From NCBI RefSeq assembly GCF_009914755.1, contig NC_060941.1: 64,000 nucleotides of DNA; one strand, 5' to 3'. The number at the start of each line of letters is the position of its first letter. The first letter of the stretch is position 1. The notes under the pieces were generated by a model. That model did no database searches. It was given only the letters and a program-made list of their open reading frames with translations, and was not told the origin of the DNA. A program made the position numbers and the translations under genes. Source of the DNA: the human T2T-CHM13v2.0 reference genome, Homo sapiens. Of the stretch, positions 1-17,720 are shown one piece after another.

Positions 1-77
1 CAGGCTGAGCTCGAGTGATCCGCCCACCTCGGCCTCCCAAAGTGCTGGGATTGCAGGCGTGAACCACCGCACCCAGC
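1..77 (-). mobile_element. Alu, 5' end (cut by window edge)
   Basis: gtgatccgcccacctcggcctcccaaagtgctgggatt. Confidence 0.9.
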
Positions 78-544
78 TGGGCGGCCCAGGACTTTTAGCT
101 GCCGCTTGCTTCACGAAACTTTGCTACAACCCCATCTCCGAAGCCACAGAAGACACTGTCCCAGCGTCTCTCAGCTGACTCTCCTCTGGGTTGTGAGGAT
201 ATGAGGGTCCCTGCCCCGCCCCTCGGGGCTTCCCTCCGCCCCACTCTCGCCCTCTGCATCTCTGCTTCTCTAGCCTGCTGCGGAGACTGGGGCTGGAGGC
301 TCCTCTGTGACCAGCTATCCTTCGGGCCTTTTTCACAGGCTGGTCCTAAAAGTGGGAGATTGATGGTGGTTATGTGACTATGACACGGCCCATGAAGATT
401 CAGGCACAGCTGAGTGGCACCGTGGTCATGGCTGTGGGTTTTCTCTGGGTCTCAGCTTGCCCTCTCTCTCTGTTTGCACCATCTGCCTCTGTCACATCCC
501 GGGCCCTTCTGACTTCACCGTGATAGCGAAACTCCTCTGAGATG

Positions 545-1141
545 CCGTGGGGCTGAGTCCGCTGTCAGTTTGACTGGATGAAGCTTCAGTGAGCTCGAGC
601 CTGTCCCTCTTCCGCTGAAAGGGAAACCCTGGGGTCTGGCCTTTGGTTAGAATATTGGGATGCCCCAGCTGTGTCTGTGAGGGCGTTTCCAGGGGGAGAT
701 TGCTGTGAGGGTTGGGAGACCAAATGGTGAAGACCCACCCTCCATGTGCGTGGGCACACCCAGTGGCCAGGGTCCCAAATGGAACAAGAAGGCAGAGAAA
801 GAATGAATTCCGGCTCTCTCCCGAAGCCAGCTCACTTCTGTCCTGGACGCCAGGACTCCAGGCTCTCTGGCTTTTGAACTCCAGGACTCGCACGCATGGC
901 CTCCTGGGTTCTCAGGCCTTTGGCCTCAAACTGAGAGTGATGCCAGCGGCTTCCCTGGCTCTGAGGCCTTTGGACCAGGAGTGAGTCACAGCCCGGGCTC
1001 CCTGGGTCTCCAGCTTGCAGGCGGCCTGTCATGGGACTTAGCCTCCATAATTGAGTGAGCCAATTCCCTTCCAAACTCCCTTCTCACCCCTCTGTCTCCC
1101 CGCTGTGGGTTCTGTCTTCCTGGAGAACTCTGACTGAAACA
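545..1141 (+). mobile_element. MLT2-family LTR (ERV-L), solo
   Basis: gtgtctgtgagggcgtttcca...agacccaccctc...ccagcttgcag...cctccataattgagtgagccaattc...ctggagaactctgactgaaaca. Confidence 0.7.
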
Positions 1142-1287
1142 ACTCCTTTGTGGGAGAAGTCCCGGCCGTTTGGGAGCCCCTGCCCCTGCTCTAGCCTGGA
1201 GGTGGCTTGGAGCTGCTGCTCAGCGTGTGTCCAGGGACAGGTTCCTTTCATGCCCTTCCTGAGGCAGAGCCAGATTCCCATGCCCCA

Positions 1288-1436
1288 TTGCTGCTACTGC
1301 TGCTACCACTGTTCCTACGAGTGCGACTGCCGCTGCTACCACCAGCATCACCACCAGAGCTACTGCTACCACTGTTACTATGGGTACTACTGATACCACA
1401 GTGCCACCAATACCGCTTCTACCAGCACTGCTATTC
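1288..1436. repeat. Degenerate trinucleotide low-complexity tract (CTG/CTA/CCA)n
   Basis: ctgctactgctgctaccactg... pattern. Confidence 0.75.
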
Positions 1437-1444
1437 CTTCTTCT

Positions 1445-2300
<856 letters not shown>

Positions 2301-4496
2301 GCTGTTGGAAGAAGCCCTGTTGCTTCTTGGTGCTCCCTGCTGAGCATATCCTAAGGAACTTTCCAGGAAGGATCTGTGGGGGCCAGACTTCCTTAGACCT
2401 GGCCTGTCCCCCACTCCATCACAGCTGGCCCAGAAGCTGCTCCTCTCTCTCCCTGCCGAAACCCAGAGGACTGTTCTGTAAGAAAGTGGACACCCTTGCC
2501 AGCGGATGCTGGGATGCAAAGCACAGCTCTGCATCAGCATTCCTGGGTCCCGTCCCTGTCAAGATTCCCTTGCCCATAGCTAACAGGAAAGCAAACTGCA
2601 CAGCGCTGCTCAAGGGAGAGTCATGTCCTGACCTCACTTTGTTTGCGGGACTGGCCAAGTGCAAGTCCCCGTGGGATGGAAGAGGAAAGGGGGCTCAGGG
2701 AGGCAGAGCTCCCGCTCCAGGCTCAGAGGGAGTCAAGACAGAGCCTGGCGTCCTCACTCTGTGACCCCATGCCAGGGCTCCCTGCCCAAGGGTAAAGAAC
2801 CTTGGATGAGGTCCAGGTTCATTAATCCCTCGCCAGCACGACTCTGGGCAGGGATCTTAGTCAGGGAGATTATGGGGGCCAGGTTAGAGGAGGTATGGGG
2901 ACCTGGGCCAGCACAAGGGGAAAACCTAACTCTGGGGCGGGGAGGGAGGTCAGGGAAGGCTCCCTGGAGGAGGAGGTTCTGGGGGCCAAGTCTTAAGAAT
3001 GCAAAGCAGATAGTCAGGAGGAAAGGGGCTGATGGAAGGAGGGTGATTCTGGCAGTCATAAAGCTTGGGTGAGGTGGGAGAGTAGGGGCAGTGATTAGAG
3101 GGACAGGAAGGGACCCTCCCAGGAAGGAGCTTGACCGCCAGTGCAAATGTTTAGATTTTATCATGAAGGCCTCGGGAGGCCCTGGACAGCTCTAAGCAAG
3201 AGGAGCTATGGGATGGGAGGTCGGATCCCATCTGGAAATCTTATTCTGGATCAGCAAGGGGTGAGCCGAGGGAGGGACCCCAGCACCCAGACCTCTGTCT
3301 TGCAGGGCTGGAGTGACTGTCAACAAGCTAACCAGTGAGACAGGCGCGAGCCCACACTCAGGGACTTGGGCTTCCCTGGAAGCCTCATCCACTCCCCATC
3401 TCACCCAAGCTTTCCTGCAAGCCTGGAACGCCTCATTTCACCAGGCCTCTTCCTCCTGAATACCCCACGCGTCCTTAAGCGCATACACCAACTTTCACGC
3501 GAAGCAGAATCACGTGGCATTCGGAACTTCGTGTACGTGTGAAATGTAAAAGTCCTGAACTGCACCAAATATCAGCTTTCACACACGCAGCAACCATTTC
3601 TCTGCAGCCCATCACCCAAGGACCAAATCTCACACTCAACTTGACAGGTGTGGAAACAGCTCATGACTGGGTCGTACCTGGCTCCCAGGGACAGGACAGC
3701 AGTGGCTGCCAGGCTGCTGGTGGGCAGTTCAGGGCCAGCAGATCCCACCCCACCTCCCCTCCAAGCCCCCACGGGGATGTGGCCCCCTGGCCTTTATTCC
3801 TTCATTGCTTGAAAGCTGGTTGGCAGTTTGTTCTCAGCCTGGCTTTGAGTCTGGGGACCCCAGGACAGGACTGGTCCCTGCTTTCCTGGAGCAAATGTGG
3901 CTCGGAAACAGCCGTAAAGATGCCCAGCACCAGGCAGGGACCCGTGGAGGGCCCACAGGGGTGTGAGGGAGCCCTGCTCTATCAGCCATGTCACTGGACA
4001 GGTTGCCTCAGCTCTTGAGACCTCAGGATGAAACATGGCATGTTCTAGAAGCATTTGTGACCAGGAGAGCTAGAGACTTTCCTAAGGGTCTCAACCAAGC
4101 CCTGTGGGGCTCCTTGGCGCCCCAGCCCTCAGAGGGTCCCGCTGGTGGACGAGGGGCTAAGGAGACCTTGGCCAGACTGGCACTGGGAGAGCAAATTCTC
4201 CCCTTTCTCCCACCCCATGAGCATGACCCCGAATGGTTCTCTGTCCATTCCGGACCTCATCCTCTCCGTCGTAAATGAACAGACTGGATCAGACCACAGA
4301 AGTTTCCCGTAGCTCTGGCCTGCGTTCTGTAACTCTAGACAAGCTAGGCCATCATGGCTCCTCCCCCAGGACAGATGATGAGCAGAAACAGAGGGTGTCT
4401 TTCTGTAGATCACACAACAGAGGGATACCTGAGTGGAGGACAGACAGAGGTTTCTGAGCCACCGCCTAAGGCTCCTACTGGCAGCAAACCAAGAGG

Positions 4497-4665
4497 TGTG
4501 GCAAGTGCAGGGCGGTGCATGAGTGTTTGCAGGTGCAGGGCGGTGCATGAGAGAGTGTTTGCAGGTGCAGGGCGGTGCATAAGACAGTGTGCGTAGGTGC
4601 AGGGTGGTGCATGTGTGCTTGAACATAGGCATGAGACAGTGTGTGCATGTGTGTGAGTGTGTGTT
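4497..4665. repeat. Minisatellite, about 26-30-bp unit gcaggtgcagggcggtgcatgag(ag)tgttt x4, then GT-rich tail
   Basis: Direct tandem copies visible. Confidence 0.85.
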
Positions 4666-5504
4666 TGGGGGAGTGGGCTGAGCCCACTCAAACCTCTCCC
4701 CAACCCCCAGCACTTTGTCCAAACAGTTCCAGGCAGCCTGGATAGGCTGGGGTATGGATCTCTTTTTCTGGCCTCTTGACCTCCCCTGGAGGCTGGGAGG
4801 CCTCCCCTTCTCCTCAACCCCATGTATTTTTAGGCCATCTCCCTGCAGGCAAGATCCCCGGAGACCATGGTGCAGGCAAGTGTCTACAGCTGTCGCCTGG
4901 AAGCCTCCTTTCAGGCCAGCAGCAGTGGGGGCAGGGTGTGCAGAATGAAGTGGCCAGTGGTGCCTCTAGACTTCAGTTCTCTTAGTGGCAAAATGGGGAG
5001 GATAAAATCAGTTTGGTGGGAGGTGACGTGAGCTGATGCATGGAGGGTGCTTGGCACGGATCCTGGCATTCAGCAGAAGCTTGACAAATGTCAGCGTGGC
5101 CCCACGTCCCAGGTACATGTGCCCCCATGTCTGCCATAGGTGCTACAGTTCACAAAGTGTGCTTGCAGACTTCCTTCTGTCTCATCCTCACAACTGCCCC
5201 GGGGGCAAAGACAGCCCTTGTTAGCCTCCTTCCTCCCTGTGCTCCACAGCCTGCTTGGTTCCAGGAATCAGGAGAGGAATGTGGCTCCTCCAGCCCTTAG
5301 TTTGTCAATCCCGGCAGGGAGGTGACTGGAGTGGGAGAGGTCTGGGGGACCCTCTGCAAGGCTGGCCTATCGATCTTCCTGGGCACAGTGATGCAGAGCC
5401 CAGGGTGGGGTTGGGTAGAAGGGGCTGGATTAACGAAGTGACAGAGAGCTTGAAGAGCATGAAACACCCAGCTGGCAGCACAGCACAGGCACTCAGTAAA
5501 TAGT

Positions 5505-5529
5505 CGTCATCATCATCACCACCTTCATC

Positions 5530-5561
<32 letters not shown>

Positions 5562-5601
5562 CATCACCATCATCACCATCACCATCATCATCATCGTCAC
5601 C

Positions 5602-5632
<31 letters not shown>

Positions 5633-5640
5633 CCATCATG

Positions 5641-5708
<68 letters not shown>

Positions 5709-5727
5709 CACCATCATCATCACCACC

Positions 5728-5758
<31 letters not shown>

Positions 5759-5886
5759 CCATCACCATCATCATCACCATCATCATCATCATCACCATCA
5801 TCACCATCACCATCATCATCACCATCATCACCATCATCACCATCATCATCACCACCATCATCATCACCATTATCATCATCACCATC

Positions 5887-5938
<52 letters not shown>

Positions 5939-6212
5939 CCATCATCATCACCATCATTATCATCATCGTCGCCATCATCATCATCATCACCATCATTATC
6001 ATCATCACCATCACCACTACCACCTTCCTTTTCATCGCTGTTGTTGTGGGCATCCCCCTCCTCACCAGCACCTCCATCATCATCATTGTTGTTGTCATCA
6101 TCATCACCACCATGAGCCTTCCTCTCCTCTTCCTCATCCTCATCAGCAGCATCACCCTCATCAAAATCATCATCATGGCCATCATCATCACCACCATCAC
6201 TCTCATTATCAT
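5505..6212. repeat. Long (CAT)n/(CAC) interrupted trinucleotide repeat, about 700 bp
   Basis: catcatcaccatcatc... near-pure from 5508 to 6015, then degenerate. Confidence 0.97.
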
Positions 6213-6959
6213 TCTGGGATTGGGAAGAGAGGAGGGAGTGGGCAGGGTCTCATCCCATTCCTGACATTTTGCCTGCCAGTGTCAACCCAGAGTTGCCTGG
6301 GAGCCTGCAGCCCCCATCTCCATGTTCATTCTAGTCTCAATACTATAGACCGCCTTCCCACCCTTGAACCCTTGAATCCTCTTACTCTTCCACCCCCAAC
6401 ACAGATGATGGGCTTCCCAAGGAGGAAGAGTCAAGGATGTCAGTCTGAATGCTCCTTGGGGAACTCTGGTGGGGCTTATTTCAGATACCTTGATTCTTCA
6501 TGGTTCATAGGTTCAATGTTGAGATTGATCTTTGTGATGGTCGATCTTTAATTTATCTGCTGCTTCCACAGATATCAGTGAAAGACACAGTCCTGGCCCT
6601 GACCCATGCTGGAGGGCTCTGGAGAGACCCACAGGGTAGCAGATGGAGTATAGGATGTGAGTCTTGAGGTGGGGTGCACCCTTGTGAGGGGCACCTAACC
6701 TGGGCCTGACTTTGTTGTCATTGTTTTTTAGAAGATATTCCCTCCCTTCCTCCCTCTTTCTTCCTTCCATTCAAATTGAAATTGCTTTAGAATAGGTCAC
6801 ACAATCACTTGCTTCAAAACTGAAAATATGCCAAAGGTTTGAAGTCATCTTTCCATCCCTGTGCTGGGGCTGCCACGGCCCGTGCAAAATGAAAACATGG
6901 GCCCTTTGTTAAAAAGTCATTAAGAGTCATTAGGAAAATGCAAATCAAAACTACAATCA

Positions 6960-7225
<266 letters not shown>

Positions 7226-7458
7226 ACTACAATTAGATACCACCTCAAACCTGTTAAAATGACTACTATTAAAACAAAACGACAACAGAAAATATTACAA
7301 GTGTCGGATGGTGAGGACATGGAGAAGATGGAACTCTCTCGCACTGTTGGTGGGAATAGTAAAATGGTGCAGCCACTGTGGAAAACACGATGGTGGTTCC
7401 TCAAAAAATTAAAGATAGAATTACCATATGATCCAGCAGCTCCACTTCTGGGAATACT

Positions 7459-7844
7459 TGCTATGACGTGAATGATGGTGTCCCTCCCAAAATTTATGTT
7501 GAAACTCAAACCCCAATGCACCAATATTAAGAAGTGTGGCTTTTGGGAGGTGATTAAGTCGTGAGGGAAGATCCTTCGTGAATGGGATTAGCATCATTAT
7601 AAAGGGTCTGGAGGTTGAAGGCAGTGCTGTCTTGCCCTTCCACCTTCCACCAAGTGAGGACTCAGCAACAGACACCATCTTAAAGGCAGATAGCAACAGG
7701 CAGACAGCAGTCCTCACCAGACACCAATGCCAGGGCTTGATCTTGTGCTTCTCAGCCTCCAAAACTACAGGAAATAAATGTATGTTCTTTATAAATTACC
7801 TACTCTAAGGTATTTTGTTATAGCAGCGCAAATGGACTAAGACA
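7459..7844 (+). mobile_element. MST-family MaLR solo LTR
   Basis: TG...CA ends, ggtattttgttatagcagc...ggactaagaca; 5-bp TSD atact/atatt. Confidence 0.85.
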
Positions 7845-7871
7845 ATATTCAGAAGAATTAAAAGCAGAGTC

Positions 7872-8460
7872 TTTTTTTTTTTTTTTTGAGACAAGGTCTC
7901 ACTCTGTTGCCCAGGCTGGAGTGCAGTGGGGTAATGCTCACTACAACCTCTGCCTCCCACGTTCAAGCAATTCTCATGCCTCAGCCTCCCAAGTAGCTGG
8001 GACTATAGGCACTAACTACCATGCCTGGCTAATTTTTTGTATTTTAATAAAGACAGGGTTTCACCATGATGCCCAGGCTGGTCTCACACTCCTGACCTCA
8101 AGTGATCCTCCCACCTTGGCCTCCCAAAGTACTGGGATTACAGGTGTGATCCACTTTGCTCTGCTTTTTTTTTTTTTTTTTTTTTTGAGATAGGGTCTCA
8201 CTCTGTCACCCAGGCTGGAGTGCAGTGGTGCTATCATAGCTCTTTCCAGCCTTGACCTCCTGGGCTCAGGTGATCCTCCCAGCTCAGCCTCCCAAGCAGC
8301 TGGGACCACAGGTGTGCGCCACCATGCCTGGCTAATTTTTTTTGTATATTTTGTAGAGATAGGGTTTCACCATGTTGCCCAGGCTGGTCTCAAACTCCTG
8401 GACTCAAGCAATCTGTATGCCTCAGCTTCCCAAAGTGCTGGGATTAGGGCCACTCTAGCC
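7872..8460 (-). mobile_element. Two tandem Alus (7872-8160 and 8165-8460)
   Basis: Alu consensus; flanking duplication aaagcagagtctt. Confidence 0.9.
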
Positions 8461-8853
8461 AAAAGCAGAGTCTTAAAGAGATGTTTGTACACCCACGTAC
8501 ATAGCACTATTCGCAGTAGCTAAAACATGGAAACAAGGCAAGTGTCCATGGACAGATGGATGGATTAACAAATGCTCTTATCCAGACAATGGAATATGAT
8601 TCGGCCTCAAAGAGGAAGGAAAACCTGACAAATGCCACAACATGGATGAACCTCACGGACATTCACATGCTAAGTGAAATAAGCCAGACACAAAGGAAAT
8701 ACTGTACAATACTTTTTAGAAGTACCTAGAATAATCAAGCTCATTGGGACAGAAAGTAGAAGGGAGGGTGCCAGGGGCTGGGGATAGGGAGAATGAGAAG
8801 TCAGTGTTTCATGGGGACATATTTTCAGTTTTGGAAAGATTAAAAGAGTTCTG

Positions 8854-9196
<343 letters not shown>

Positions 9197-9820
9197 TTAA
9201 TGCCACTGAACTGCACACTTAAAAATGGTTAAAATAGTACATTTTAAGTTATGCATATTTTAACACAATAAAAAATTAGAAAAAAAATCAGGAATTTCAA
9301 GACAGTGACAGGAGAGCATTAAACCATGTACGGGGCCCTTTGGAGCCAGGCTTTGTGGCTTTGCAGGTGTCATGCTCATGAAGCCAAACCTGTCTGTCCC
9401 TCACCACCTTGGGGCTTCTCCAGGAGCAGCCAGTACTCTCTCTTCTGTCCCTGTTCACAGATATCCCATGAATGCACAATGAGTGTGTGGATTTGTTTAC
9501 TTTCCCCTTGCCCTGCTTACACAAACCAGGGCACGCAAACCTCTGTACCTGGCTGCTTCACCTTGTGTCCTTAAGCATTGCTCCATCTCAGAATAGAAAG
9601 GGCGTCCTCATTTCTCTGACAGCTCCCAAGTCGTCCATTGTAGGGAGGTGTCACAATTTATTAAACTGTACTACCACTGATGAGCCTTTAGGTGGTTTCC
9701 TACTTTTGATAACACAAATGACGTGGCAGTGTCTGTAAGTGCACACCAGCTGCAGATACACAATTTCTCAGTGTGCCGGCGCATCTAGGAAAAATTCCTA
9801 GACCTGGAATTGCTGAATCA

Positions 9821-10460
<640 letters not shown>

Positions 10461-10609
10461 CAGAAGTTGTACTAATTTACATGCATGAGAAACGTGTTTA
10501 CCCACCAATGAAGTGTGTAATCAAAGTTTCTGATCCTTACCAAATAAATAACTGAAAATTTGTATTTCAGAATAGTTTTAATTTTTATTTGCCTTATTAA
10601 GCAGAGTTG

Positions 10610-11940
10610 ATGACACACCAAAAGTGTGAACGGCAAAAGAAAGAAATGGATAACTTGGACTTTATCAAAATGAAAACTTTTGTGAATCAAAGAACATTAT
10701 CAAGAATGTGAAAAGACCACCCACAGGACGGGAGAAAATATTTGCAAATCATATGTATTAGTCCATTTTCACACTGTTATAAAGAACTACCTAAGACTGG
10801 GTAATTTATAAAGACAAGAAGTTTAATTGACTCACAGTTCTGCTTGGCTGGGGAGGCCTCAGGAAACTTACAATCATGGTGGAAGGCAAAGGGGAAGCGA
10901 GGCTGGTCTTACATGGTGGCAGGAGAGAGAGATCCAAGGGGAAGTGTCAACCACTTTTAAACCATTAGATCTTGTGAAAACTCACTCACTATCATGAGAA
11001 CAGCATGAGGGAAACCACTCTTATGATCCAGTCACCTCGCACCAGGTCCCTCCCTCGACAGGTGGGGATTACAATTTGAGATGAGAATTGGGTGGGGACA
11101 CAGAGCCAACCCATATCATCATGTATCTGATAAGTATCTAGTATCCAGAATTTATAAGGAACTATTAGATTTGACTACAAAAAGACAACTCAATTAACAA
11201 ACGGGCAAACGACTTGAATAGATATTCTCCACAGAAGGTACACAAAGGGCCAAGAAACATGAAAAGATGTCCCGCGTCACAATCATTGGTGAAATGCAAA
11301 TCAAAACCTCTATGAGACACTACCTCACGCCCACTAGGATGGCTATTATTTTTTAAAAAGAGAGAATAACAAGGGTTGGCAAGGGATGTGGAGAAATTGG
11401 AGCCTGTATACATTGCTGGTGGGAATGTGAAATGGTGCAGCTGCTGTGGAAACTGGTTTGGCATTTCCTCAAAAAGTTAAACATAGAATTACCAGACGGC
11501 CCAGCAATTCCGCTCCTAGGTATATTCCCTAAAGCACTGAAAACAGGAACTCTGACAGATACACACACATTCATAGCAGCATTATTCACAATGGCTAAAA
11601 GGTGAGGACAACCCAATGCCATCAATGGATAAATGAATAAACTGTGGTCTGTCCACACAATGGAATATTATTCAGCTATAAAAAGGAATGAAATTCGGAT
11701 ACATGCCACAGCATGGCTGAAACGCAGAAAACATAACTGTGTGAAAGAAACCAGACACAAAAGCCTACATTTTGTATGATTCTATTTATACAAAATTTCC
11801 TTTTGGGGTGATGAAAATATTTTGGAACAAGATAGAGGTGATGGTTTCACAACAACTTGAAGGTACTTAACTTAACGTCACTGAATTGTTCACTGTAAAA
11901 TGATCGATTTTGTTAAGTCCATTTCACTTCGATTTTAAAA
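10610..11940 (+). mobile_element. L1M (L1MB-like) 3' fragment interrupted by THE1
   Basis: ggagaaaatatttgcaaatcat...aaatgcaaatcaaaacc...ttcatagcagcattattcacaat. Confidence 0.85.
10754..11118 (-). mobile_element. THE1-family MaLR solo LTR
   Basis: tgtattagtccattttcac...ggcctcaggaaacttacaatcatgg...gggacacagagccaacccatatca; TSD tcata/tcatg. Confidence 0.9.
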
Positions 11941-12436
11941 AGTGAAGTTGAGCTATTTTAATGTGTTCAAGAACCATATGTACTTCCTTGTCTTTGACCT
12001 GGTGATATCATTTGACCATTTTTCTATTGAGTTATTGATTTTTAGAACTGATTTGTAATTCCACTTTTTAAAGAAAATGATCCTGTGTGATAGATTGCAA
12101 ATCTTTTTCTCAGTTTTTAATTTTTTTTTTCTGAATTGGGTTATGGTGAATTTTGCTCTGAATATTAAAAAAATAATACAGTAATTACAATCAAATGTAT
12201 TATTCTTTCTTTTACAGCACCTGGTTTTGGAGTAAGATTTGGAAAGATCGTTTAAAAATTCCTCCATGCTTTCTTGGAGCTCTCTGTAGGTTCTTAGATT
12301 TTTGAGCCATCTGGAGTTTATTTGGTGTCAGGTGCAAGGTTTGGATTCAGCTTTTTTTTTTTTTTTTGATGATGTCTGGGCCGTTCCATCACCATTTATT
12401 ACATCATCATCCTTTCCTCTCTGGGTTGAGATCCCT

Positions 12437-13134
<698 letters not shown>

Positions 13135-13227
13135 CCCCTGCCCCTCGCCCCAGCAGCATGCACTTCCGTGTGGCAAGCTCACTCCATCCCATCCGAAGCA
13201 ACACCTCCAGGACTCTGGTTGGTCCCT

Positions 13228-13665
13228 GTATTCGCTTCCCAGAGCTGCTGCAACAAATTACCACAAACTTGGCATAAAAGGAAAGAGATGTATTCTTCAC
13301 AGTTCTGGAGGCCAGACGGCTGAAATCAAGGTGTCAGCAGGGCAGCGTCCTTCCAGAGGCTCTAGGGGAGGATCCTTCCCCACCTTTTCCAGCTTCTGGG
13401 GCTCCGGGTCTGGGACTTCGTCCCTCTAATCTCTGCCTCTGCCGTCACAGGGTCTTCGCCTCTGTGTCTGTGCCATCTCTTCTTTGTGTTACAGAGATAC
13501 TTGTCATTGCATTTAGGACCCACTTCGTCATGTAGGACAATCTCATCTCGAAATCCTTAATTTAATTACACCTGCAAAGACCCTTTTCCTAAATAAAGTC
13601 ACAGTCACAGGTTCCTGGGGCTAGGCCTTCGGCTTATCTTTTTAGGGGGTCACCATTCAGCCCAC
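13228..13665 (-). mobile_element. MLT1B/C-like MaLR LTR
   Basis: ctgctgcaacaaattaccacaaact...cacagttctggaggccag...ttaattacacctgcaaagaccctt. Confidence 0.8.
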
Positions 13666-14630
13666 TCTCGTCTCTATTCCTGGGGAAACTCACAGAGGGG
13701 AGTGCATGGTTCAGATTCAAGCTCCCGCCACTGCAGGTGGCACCCAGAGGTGATGTCATCTTCCCCTCCACTCTCCACCCAAGAGCCCCTTTACCTTCAG
13801 TGAGTACCTGTGCTGGCTAGGTGGTTTACCTGGTGGGGGGACCCAGACTCGAATGCCAAGGCTATGAGCCCCAGGTCACCACGTCCTCTCAAGCTATGGC
13901 TGCTGTCTTCATGCATTTGCTGTAAAAACTGGGCATGGGAGTGAGAAGAGATGCTTTGCTGGATTCACCCCTCCCATTCTCCCCTTCCCTGCTAGGGAAC
14001 AGCAGCCCTTTCTCCCCACGGACCACGGTCAGCTGCCCCTGCCAAGATGGTGACTCCTTTTCTTGCTTGCTGGCTCCTTGGCACAGAAGCCCGAAGTGCT
14101 CAGCCAGCAGCCGTAGTGCCAAGTGTAATGGGACCCATGATGCAAATCCTGCTGGAAGGGTACCGCTCTGGGAATCGGGTCTTGCAGACTCACCAAACCT
14201 AGAGTTGTGAGGTTGGAAGGCAGAAATTCCCCCAGGGAGACCACTGGAGTGACAGTAAATGGAGACATTCCTCCTTCCACCCCCTGCTTCCTGGGTCAAT
14301 GCATTCTGCCTACTGGGGACACGCCCCTAGAATGGTTGTTGATTTCAGGTGTATTCTGCATCTAGGAGGCTGAGGTCACATCCTTGCATCATCTTAGCCA
14401 TGCCTTCAAAACGCTGTTGCATCACACTATGAGACTAGTGGCTTCTGGGTGGTGCAGCGTGTGACAGAGTCAGGGGACCCCTGGTCTACTCCAACAGCCC
14501 TTTGGCCATCAATAGGTCCCTTGGTCCAATGTGGGGATTTTCACTTTCCACCTCCCAGACTCTTGAGGGTAGCAAGGGTAGCTTGCTTCTGCCTCTAGTC
14601 ATGCTCATTCTCGATCTTGATGGACAATTT

Positions 14631-15313
<683 letters not shown>

Positions 15314-15796
15314 TCACAGTGGATCCTGCTGGGTCTACCTGACCTTCTGGCTTGGCAGGTCTGAAAAGACCCAGCTCATGACAGGCAATTCTAGTTGCGT
15401 GCCTGTTGATGGTTGATAGCCAAACATTCCATCTCCAGCAGGGCCCCGGAGCTGTTTTTCAAACTATGTATAATTCTCTGCTGCAAATGGCATGGCCTTT
15501 CTCCAGTTGGGGCTTGTCATCAGCAATGCATGGCATCTTTTTTCCTGCACAAGCTCTAGAACCATCGGGTCTGCAGAGCCATGTGGCCTGGGTGGCACAG
15601 CTGTCCCCACTGCAGAGCCCCTTCCACCTGTGGGTTCTCTCAAAGCTGGCTGCCTTTCATGGATTCCCAAGTACAGAACATGCTGCCTCCAGAGTCCAAG
15701 TAATCTCCAAGCAGCCCTCCACGGTGGGAGCGGGTATTTGTCTACTTTTAATGTCTCAGCATGCCTTAGACATCCGGACCCATACAAACCTTGTAG

Positions 15797-16084
<288 letters not shown>

Positions 16085-16857
16085 CCTGATAGGCTTTATC
16101 TCCTGTCCCTAGAGTGCAGGTGTCTTACAAGGTTTCCAAAGTACTAGCCGCTTCTTGCCCATCTTATCTCATTAATGTGATAGCATCGGTATAGTGGACT
16201 TCCATGGTATTCTCCTGGAAGTCCAGGTCCCTTAGGTCTGTATTATGACAGATGGAAGGAGAGTTAACAGAGCCCTGGGGCAACACAGTAAACATTTACT
16301 GTTGTCCATTCCATGTGAATGCAGCCTGCTTCTGGCCTCCTTTGTGATCAGGGTGGAAAAGAACGCACTTGCCGGGTCAATGGCTGCCAATCATGGACCT
16401 GTGGCCATGTCATTCTGCGTTAGCCGAGATGTCACATCTGGAAGAACAGCTGCCATTGAGGCTACCACTTAGTTGGGTTTGCAGTCTACTGTTAGCCTCC
16501 AGGATTTATCTGTGCTTTTGAGAGAGTCTAGTCAGTTATCAAAGTCATGGTCCTCTGCCCAGTTTTCAGACCTATGACAATTCTCAGATCCAAAACTCAT
16601 TGGCTAGGGAGAGGCTAGGTTCCATATGCAACCCCATGAACAGTGTGTACGGTTATGACTCCCCCAGTTCTTCCCCAGGGACCTGTGGCCACTTAGGTCA
16701 CCATCCATGGAGAAAGGGGACCATTCACACAATGTCTGGGTGTGCAGGAGGACTGCACGTCCTGCAACCTTGAGGTCTCTGAGAGTGGCGCAATCTCCGC
16801 GGCTCCCCCAAGGATGCAACACTTTGTGTATGCACAGTCTTAGCTAGGGGGTGGTGG

Positions 16858-17720
16858 TGTATTAGACGACTATTGCTGCTGTAACATGGCACCATACACT
16901 TGAAACAACATTGGCTTCAAACAACATAGATTTATTATCTTACAGTTCTGAAGCTCGGAAGCCCAAAACGAGTTTCACGGAGATAAAATCAAGGTATCAG
17001 CAGGGCTATGTTCTTTCCCGGAGGCTGTAGGGAAGACTCTGTTTTCTTGCCTTTTCTCCCTTCTAGAAGCCTCCTGCATGGCTCATGACCCCTTCCTCCA
17101 TCCTCCGAGCCAGCAACACTAGGCTGAGTCCTCCTCGCACGACATCGCTCCGACTTCTTCCATGGTCACACTTCCCTCTTACTCTTCTGCTTCCTTTTTT
17201 CAAGTCTAAAGACCCTGTGATTACATTAGGCCCACCCAAGTAATCCAAAACAATGTCTCCATCTCAAACTCAGCTGGCTAGCAACCTTAATTCCAACGGC
17301 AACCTTCATTCCCCTTTGCCATGTAAGGTGACATAGCCACAGGTTCTGGGGATTCAAGTGGGGACTTCTTTGGAGGGCCAATATTCTGCTGCTATGCTCC
17401 GAATATTTTTGTCCCCCCCCCTCCCCAATTCATGTGTTGAAATCCTAACTCCCAAGGTGATGGTGTTAAGAGGTGGGGCCTTTGGAAGGGATGAGTGCCC
17501 TCATAAAACAGACTGAAGGGTTCTCATTCATCCTCCGCCTCCATGCAGACAGTGAGAATCTGTCATCTATCAAGCAGGTACTGAGCCCTCAGCAGACCTT
17601 GAATCTGCTGGAGCCTTGATATTGGATTTCCAGCCACCAGAAGTGTGAGTCATAGACTTCTGTTGTTTCTACACCACCCAGTTTATGGTATTTTGCTCCA
17701 GCGCCCTGCACGGACTAACG
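16858..17720. mobile_element. Two adjacent MaLR LTRs: MLT1-like (-) 16858-17390 and MLT1A/MST-like (+) 17388-17720
   Basis: tttattatcttacagttctgaag...attacattaggcccacc; tgttgaaatcctaactcccaaggtgatgg...ccagtttatggtattttg. Confidence 0.75.

Noticed and set aside
5493-6264. 239-aa poly-Met/Val and 208-aa poly-Ile/Thr ORFs
   Set aside because: Stop-free readings of a trinucleotide repeat, with no gene context.
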